From Gemmata obscuriglobus (lineage in GTDB: Bacteria; Planctomycetota; Planctomycetia; Gemmatales; Gemmataceae), in contig NZ_CP042911.1 in the NCBI RefSeq assembly GCF_008065095.1, positions 1,710,001-1,742,000 of the forward strand: 32,000 bases of DNA, in the 5' to 3' direction. The notes under the pieces are model-generated. The model saw nothing but the letters and a program-made list of their open reading frames with translations. It did not search any database and was not told where the DNA came from. Made by a program: the position numbers and the translations under genes. Numbering within the stretch: position 1 is the stretch's first letter; every line of letters starts with the position of its first letter. Below, piece by piece: positions 25,991 to 32,000 of the stretch.

Positions 25991-26545
25991 TCAGCGGTCC
26001 AGGGCGGCCGCAATTCCCGGATACAGTGCGGCAAGGGCGGCATCGACCTCCGCTCTGCTGCCGAGCAATGCCTTCGCGTCTCGCGGTGGGGCGTCCGCAC
26101 CTGCCGCCGGTTGCCTCCGAGGAGGGGCCGGAGTGGGAGCCTTGTTCGCCAGGGTCAGGAACTGGGAGCCGTCCACATAACCCGCGTGTCGACCAACAAC
26201 TTTGCCCTCGGGAGTCGCGATAACGAGCGTCGGAAATCCGTCGATCCGCAGTGCGGCGGTGAGACGCTGCTCCTTGTTCCCGTCGAGCTTAACCGGTACG
26301 AACCGCTCATTTAGGAGCTTCACGGCCCTCGGGTCACGGAACGTGGTGGCATCGAACTTCCGACACCATGCGCACGCATCCGTTCCGAAATCGAGAAGCA
26401 GCGGGCGTCCGGTTTCAGCCGCCTCTTTCCGTGCGGCCGCATAGTCGTGCCGCCACTGGATCTCCTGTGCGTACGCGGCAACAGTAGTAGACGTGAAGGC
26501 AGGCAGAGCAAGTAGTGCGGAAAAGGCGAGAGGCGTCCTTGGCAT
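25991..26545 (-). CDS. Secreted thioredoxin-fold protein (CxxC)
   Basis: Signal peptide: MPRTPLAFSALLALPAFTSTTVAAYA. Active site: LLLDFGTDACAWCRKFD. ...IDGFPTLVI is the cis-Pro loop region. ATG lies at 26543-26545. Confidence 0.8.
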   Translation of the reverse strand: MPRTPLAFSALLALPAFTSTTVAAYAQEIQWRHDYAAARKEAAETGRPLLLDFGTDACAWCRKFDATTFRDPRAVKLLNERFVPVKLDGNKEQRLTAALRIDGFPTLVIATPEGKVVGRHAGYVDGSQFLTLANKAPTPAPPRRQPAAGADAPPRDAKALLGSRAEVDAALAALYPGIAAALDR

Positions 26546-26695
26546 TCGTGCTTCCCACGCGAAACCGACCCGTAACGGTTCGTACACACCGATACCCAGC
26601 ACAGAACACCAAGTCAACCCAACTGGGTGCCCCTATAGATTTTGGCAGCCTATAGCGGTTAGGCTACTAACCTCCGAACTACCCCCGAGGCACGG

Positions 26696-27996
26696 ATGCC
26701 GACGCTGACCATCGAATACCAGACCGAGAGCGAGCGGCTGATTCTGGAACAAGCGGTGGCGTTCCTGACGCAGATGAGGCCGGTCGCCGCGACCGCGCCC
26801 GACGGGACGGTCCTGGGCGCGTGTGAGCGCGTCGCCCTCGACTCGGGGCGCCGGCTGGTCCGGGACACGTTGGCTTCCGCCGTTCAGGATCGGGCCAACA
26901 CCACCGACGCTAAAAAAAAGTCGGCGCGCGGCTCAAGGGGCGGCGCCCGCGGTGGCTCCTGACCGCGCTGGGGCGCGTCCGCCTGTTCCGTCAGTACGCC
27001 GTCACCACCGACGGCGGAGCGTTCCCGGCCGATGCCGTTCTGGGCGTCGACGGGTACGTGACGGCGGCGGCACAGCGGATGGCGGTGCTCGCCGGCGCGC
27101 GGGACGCGTTCGCGCGAGCCCAGGTGATGTTGCGCGAGCTCGCCGGCTGGGAACTGGACGACGAGCTGATCCGCCAGCGCACCCACGCAACGGCCCGTCG
27201 CCTGAGCGCCTCACGGGGCACCCGCACCGACGACCGCCGGTTCACCGCCGCCGCCGGCGCGGTCGAGGTTCAGATCGACGCCGGTAAGGTGAACACCACG
27301 ACCGGGTGGCGGGACGTCAAGGTGTGCGCGATCGGTAAGCGGAAGCCCGGCAAACCGGCGGCACCCGCGGAATGGGGGGACCGCGTGTTGCCGCCCCCGA
27401 CCATTCGCACCGTGGTCGCGAACGTCGAGGAGGCCGGTGCGTTCGCGGTGCGGGTGCGGGCCGAGGCGGACCGGCTGAAGGTGACCACGGGCGCGGACGT
27501 GACGGTGCTCGGTGACGGCGCCGAGTGGATCTGGAACCTGGCGGCGGATGTGTTGCCCCAGGCGGCCGGTGTGCTGGACGTGTACCACGCGGCCGAGCAC
27601 ATCGGGACCGCGGTGAAGGCCGTCTGGGGTGACACGGCGGAGGCGGCGGCGCACCGGCAGAGCGGGCTGTTGGCCGTGGTCGCGGGCGGGAAAGCGGGGA
27701 TCGAGCGGTGGATCGCCGACCGATTCGGCGAGCTGCCACCGGGGGCCGACGGGGACCCGCTGAGGGACCTGGCCGGTTACCTCGGCGCGCACCCGACGCG
27801 CCTGGGGTACGCGGAACGGCTGGCCAAAGGCCGGAGCATCGGCAGTGGGCTCATTGAGGGCTCGATTAAGCAACTGGTGAACCGACGGATGAAGCTCACC
27901 GGCGCGCGCTGGCGGGTCGAACACGTCGGACCGCTCGTGGAATTGGCGGCCGTCGTTGATACCCCGGACTGGCATCACTTCTGGGCCGCTGCTTGA
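26696..27996 (+). CDS. ISKra4-family transposase; two frames joined by a -1 shift at A_AAA_AAG (26914-26920)
   Basis: Frame a: 26696-26962 (MPTLTIEYQTESERLILEQAVAFL...TDAKKK). The -1 frame is open from TAA at 26911-26913: KKVGARLKGRRPRWLLTALGRVRLFRQYAVTTDGGAFPADAVLGVDGY...VLGDGAEWIWN...VLDVYHAAEH...GSGLIEGSIKQLVNRRMKLTGARW. Confidence 0.75.
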
Positions 27997-28021
27997 GCAT
28001 CGCCAAAATCTACAGGGACAC

Positions 28022-29671
28022 CAGCAATTCCCGGCGAGCGAAATTCGGCTTGAAAAGCTCGAATTCGTGAGCCCTGTTGGCCTCGGCGGGGTACGCTCGG
28101 TCCGAGGCGGCCGTTGTCGTATCGCCCTGGGATCTCGCTGGGGCGTGGTCATGAGCCTACCCGTCAGTTCCCCGCGTGCATATGAGGACCTGCACTCCGA
28201 CGCCCTGATCGCGTGCGCCCGGGAGCGGTTCGAGACGATCCCGGACGCACGCCGCGGGCCCACGTTCTCGCTGCCCGACGTGCTGATGGCGGGGCTGGCC
28301 CTATTCGCCCTCAAGGCCCCGTCCCTACTCGCGTTCCAACGGCGCACCCTGGACCACAACCTGCGGCACGTGTTCGGCCTCACGGGCCGGCCCAGTGATT
28401 CCCAGATGCGGGCCGTCCTCGACGACGTGGACCCGGACCACCTGCGGCCCGTGTTCCGGGACGTGTTCGCCCGGTTGCAGGCGGCTCACGTCTTGGACGA
28501 GTACCGGGTGGACGGGTGCTACGTGGTGGCCCTGGACGGGGTCGAGTACTTCTGCTCCCAGAAGGTCCACTGCCCCCATTGCATGACCCGCCGGCACGCC
28601 AACGGGGCCGTGTCGTATTACCACCAGATGCTCGGGGCCGCGGTCGTTCATCCGGACTTCTCCGCGGTCCTGGCCCTGGCCCCCGAGCCGATCCAGCGGG
28701 CCGACGGGGGGACCAAGAACGACTGCGAGCGGAACGCGGCCCGGCGGTGGTTGGGCCGGTTCCGCGAGGAGCACCCGGACCTAGCCGTTCTCGTGGTCGA
28801 GGACGCGCGGAGCAGCAATGCACCCCACGTCCGGGACCTTCAGAAGGCCAGGTGCCATTTCCTCCTGGGTGTCAAGGCTGCGGACCACGCCCACCTGTTC
28901 GCGCACGTGTGCGCCCGCCAGGACCAGCACGCGTTCGAGGTCGTCGAGGACGCGGACCCGCGGACCGGGCTCCGCCGCAGCTACCTGTGGATCGCCGATC
29001 TGCCGCTGAACGAGTCGAATGACGACGTGCGGGTGAACTTCGTGCACCTGGTGGAACTCGATCCGGACGGGACCCCACGGGAATGGACGTGGGTCGCGGA
29101 CATGGCCGTCACCGGGGCCAACGTGCGGCAACTGGCGCGGGCCGGGCGGGCCCGGTGGCGGATCGAGAACGAGACGTTCAACACGCTCAAGAACCAGGGG
29201 TACCACTTCGCGCACAACTTCGGGCACGGGGACAACAACCTGTCGGTGGTGCTGGCGCACCTGATGCTCCTGGCGTTCCTCTTCGATCAGGTGCAGCAGA
29301 TGTGCAACCCCCTGTTCCAGGCGGCGGTCGTGAAGAAGGGCGCGCGGGCCGCGGTGTGGGACGGGGTCCGGCACCTGTTCGCGTCGTTCGAGGTGTCGTC
29401 CATGCGGGACGTGTACCAGGCCCTGGCCGTCGGGTTCCGGCGGCCGCGCCTGGACGAGTGGATCGAGCCCCCGTCGGGACCAGGCCACGCGGATGACACG
29501 TCGTAGTCACGGCCACACATCGCACCCGTCGAAAACACATCCCAATGCAAACCGCCGCAGCTGCGCCTCGGCGTGGCCCGGGTACCCGCGCGACTCGATG
29601 ATCGATCTGACTAGAAGAAGTCACATTTGTGAGATCAATAGGCAATTATACGCGAGCGCCGGGAATTGCTG
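28022..29671 (+). mobile_element. IS4-family insertion sequence (1650 bp) with a 9-bp TSD CAGGGACAC, inserted in the right IR of the ISKra4-like element
   Basis: 15-bp perfect IRs CAGCAATTCCCGGCG (28022-28036 and the reverse complement of 29657-29671). Direct repeats CAGGGACAC lie at 28013-28021 and 29672-29680. Confidence 0.88.
28151..29506 (+). CDS. IS4-family DDE transposase
   Basis: ATG 28151. Candidate motifs: YVVALDGVEYF, LAVLVVEDARSSN, and the YREK-type region GRARWRIENETFNTLKNQGYHFAHNFGHG. Confidence 0.85.
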   Translation: MSLPVSSPRAYEDLHSDALIACARERFETIPDARRGPTFSLPDVLMAGLALFALKAPSLLAFQRRTLDHNLRHVFGLTGRPSDSQMRAVLDDVDPDHLRPVFRDVFARLQAAHVLDEYRVDGCYVVALDGVEYFCSQKVHCPHCMTRRHANGAVSYYHQMLGAAVVHPDFSAVLALAPEPIQRADGGTKNDCERNAARRWLGRFREEHPDLAVLVVEDARSSNAPHVRDLQKARCHFLLGVKAADHAHLFAHVCARQDQHAFEVVEDADPRTGLRRSYLWIADLPLNESNDDVRVNFVHLVELDPDGTPREWTWVADMAVTGANVRQLARAGRARWRIENETFNTLKNQGYHFAHNFGHGDNNLSVVLAHLMLLAFLFDQVQQMCNPLFQAAVVKKGARAAVWDGVRHLFASFEVSSMRDVYQALAVGFRRPRLDEWIEPPSGPGHADDTS

Positions 29672-29753
29672 CAGGGACACCCAACCCAACTTCAGTAGTT
29701 TAAGATTCCTGCGATTCTGACGAGATCGATCACGAGAAGGCGAACCCGATCAG

Positions 29754-29826
29754 TACCCTCGGCGCGATTCGAACGCGCGACCCCCGGTTTAGGAAACCAG
29801 TGCTCTATCCCCTGAGCTACGAGGGC
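29754..29826 (-). tRNA. tRNA-Arg (anticodon CCT)
   Basis: Reverse complement: GCCCTCG-TA-GCTC-AGGGGATA-GAGC-A-CTGGT-TTCCTAA-ACCGG-GGGTC-GCGCG-TTCGAAT-CGCGC-CGAGGGT-A. It folds by hand into a 73-nt cloverleaf with a G1-U72 wobble. CCA is not encoded. Confidence 0.9.
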
Positions 29827-30077
29827 TAAGTCTTTAACTGCCAAGCAATTGTGTTCATTCGTCTTTCGAGGACTTCTGCCTTATGGCACCCAGCATCAAA
29901 AGCGGAACAGTCCCTGTGTATGAGAGCAATTCTACGGCGCCCGGGTTCGCCAACAAGCCGGACAAGCCACCCCCCCGAACTCCTGCATACCCCACGCTAC
30001 CCGACACGAACGGCTCCAGAATTGGCATCAGCCGAACCCAAAGTTGGGGTGTGCCTCTTGATTCCCAACTCCAATCA

Positions 30078-30802
<725 letters not shown>

Positions 30803-30971
30803 GAGCGAGGTCCTGTTCTCGGCCCGCCGCGAGGCGCCTCGCGGTCACGATCACATGAATTTGGACGGTGAGAGGGCACGAACGGAGAGTGCGGTGAAAT
30901 TCTAACCCACTGTCGGCTGCGGCGGTATCGAAAAATGTTGGGTGGCAGAGGTCAAGACGTCAGGAGTCAGT

Positions 30972-31181
30972 TCAACCCCAGGTCGGCGGGGCGGTTGGCG
31001 CCGGAGGTGGTGACGGCGGATTCACCGGGTACGGCAGCGCCGGGCCTTCAGGGGCGGTTCCGGGTTGCGCCGGCGCCACGTCCGGCGGGACGCTCGGTAC
31101 CGGGTCACTCGGTCGCGGCTGCGGGTGCGGTCGGGTCGGCACGTCCGGACCGGGTGGGGTCGGTATCGGTGAGGTGCTCAT
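30972..31181 (-). CDS. Small proline-rich hypothetical protein (weak call)
   Basis: MSTSPIPTPPGPDVPTRPHPQPRPSDPVP... ATG lies at 31179-31181 with aggaaagag 4 nt upstream. The low-complexity composition could be a GC-driven artefact. Confidence 0.25.
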   Translation of the reverse strand: MSTSPIPTPPGPDVPTRPHPQPRPSDPVPSVPPDVAPAQPGTAPEGPALPYPVNPPSPPPAPTAPPTWG

Positions 31182-31372
31182 GTGGCTCTTTCCTGTATGC
31201 GGAGTGCGGGCGATACCCACGACCTGTTGCAACCGTTGTGCCGCGCGACCGCGTCAACCGTACCGCCAACCGCGGGCGGGCCAGGAATTTGCGGGCGCCG
31301 CCCCCCTTGTACCGGTGCCGGTCGCGAGCGAGAATGCTCGGTAACGCATCCGAACCGCCAGGGTGACCCGAT

Positions 31373-31759
31373 ATGCGCGCCCGGTTGGTGTCCGCCGACG
31401 GCGGCCCGTCCATCGATTTGGTCAAGGACATGACGCTCTTCGGCCGGGACGAGGACTGCGACACGCGCCTCGACCACAAGAGCGTCTCGAAGTTGCACTG
31501 CGTCGTCGTGAAGACGGACGGGTTGCTCCTGTTGCGCGACCTCGGCAGCACGAACGGCACCCGGGTGAACGGGCAGCGCGTGCGCCGCGCCGCGCTGCTC
31601 CCGAACGACACGGTCGCGATCGCGAACCTCAAGTACGTGGTCAAGTTCGGCGTGGAACTGGAGAAACTGGAACAACAAGAGGAGCCGCGGCCCAAAAAGG
31701 AGCCGGCGGCGCAACTGCGGCGCAACGCCCTGCCCGACGTGTACCCCGAGCAGAAGTGA
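31373..31759 (+). CDS. FHA-domain protein
   Basis: LFGRDEDCDTRLDHKSVSKLHCVVVKTDGLLLLRDLGSTNGTRVNGQRV...NDTVAIANLKYVV is the canonical FHA pattern (GR...S..H...D..S.NGT.VNG). Confidence 0.85.
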   Translation: MRARLVSADGGPSIDLVKDMTLFGRDEDCDTRLDHKSVSKLHCVVVKTDGLLLLRDLGSTNGTRVNGQRVRRAALLPNDTVAIANLKYVVKFGVELEKLEQQEEPRPKKEPAAQLRRNALPDVYPEQK

Positions 31760-31872
31760 CCGTAAGGGCCGAAACCGGGTCCCACTGGTCGGGGCCGTCA
31801 ACGGCGGAGAGAATACGGTGTTATCGCCGGTAGCGGTGTCCCGCCCTCTCAACCCACAGGAGACCCTGAGCC

Positions 31873-32000
31873 ATGACGGTCATGATCGCGATCGCCCTGT
31901 TGACAGCCCTCGCGCCCCAGCCGACGGCGCAGCCGGCCGGTGAACTGAAGCTCGCCAACGTGCGCACCACCGTCGGCGAACTCGGGCCGACCCGCGAGGT
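31873..32000 (+). CDS. Hypothetical secreted protein, N-terminal fragment (continues beyond the window)
   Basis: ATG 31873 is preceded by aggag. MTVMIAIALLTALAPQPTAQPAGELKLANVRTTVGELGPTRE... is signal-peptide-like. Confidence 0.45.
   Translation, partial: MTVMIAIALLTALAPQPTAQPAGELKLANVRTTVGELGPTRE

Larger units (their letters stand above)
26624..29683 (+). mobile_element. ISKra4-like insertion sequence (1401 bp of its own sequence) carrying a nested IS4-like element; 7-bp TSD ACCCAAC
   Basis: Left IR is TGGGTGCCCCTATAGATTTTGGC (26624-). The right IR, after removing the nested IS plus one TSD copy, is TGGGTGTCCCTGTAGATTTTGGC as reverse complement (21 of 23 match). Direct repeats ACCCAAC lie at 26617-26623 and 29684-29690. 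Confidence 0.8.

Overview
High-GC bacterial chromosome segment, roughly two-thirds G+C by eye. It is most likely Planctomycetota, Gemmata-like, judging from an H-X9-DG/DUF1559 prepilin-like protein, a very long ECF sigma fusion and Gly-rich linkers (inference). The housekeeping backbone is: (1) a TolC-like / HlyD-MacA adaptor / ABC ATPase / FtsX-type permease efflux operon (1-5980), with an Rpn-type nuclease gene lodged between ATPase and permease; (2) a COG0523 His-rich metallochaperone GTPase plus a WD40 protein; (3) trpE; (4) an ECF sigma factor fused to a TM anchor and a long periplasmic tail; (5) an aldehyde dehydrogenase; (6) a DUF1559 protein plus lipoprotein pair; (7) a secreted alpha/beta hydrolase; (8) a secreted thioredoxin-fold protein; (9) tRNA-Arg(CCT); (10) a secreted tandem YHS-domain protein; (11) an FHA protein. 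Two IS-saturated accessory patches stand out. Patch 1 (12.2-19.3 kb) holds two identical inverted copies of a 1479-bp IS4/IS701-like element. One copy is itself interrupted by an IS3-family element. Together with a 5'-truncated IS66 transposase they cut up what looks like a single ancestral minus-strand gene. Patch 2 (24.2-29.7 kb, next to tRNA-Arg) holds an IS630-like element in a CTAG target and an ISKra4-like element with a 7-bp TSD. An IS4-like element with a 9-bp TSD has inserted into the right inverted repeat of the ISKra4-like element. Both the IS630-like and ISKra4-like transposases carry in-phase -1 frameshift heptamers. I recognise no known defence system, CRISPR array or rRNA. The oddest unexplained signals are an ~11% GC, 87-bp islet encoding a 26-aa ultra-hydrophobic ORF (24191-24277), a 75-nt perfect-stem hairpin in a convergent intergenic region (22619-22693), and the sigma-TM-secretin-N-like fusion. 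Many long ORFs in the six-frame track are antisense or out-of-frame shadows of high-GC genes and were not called.
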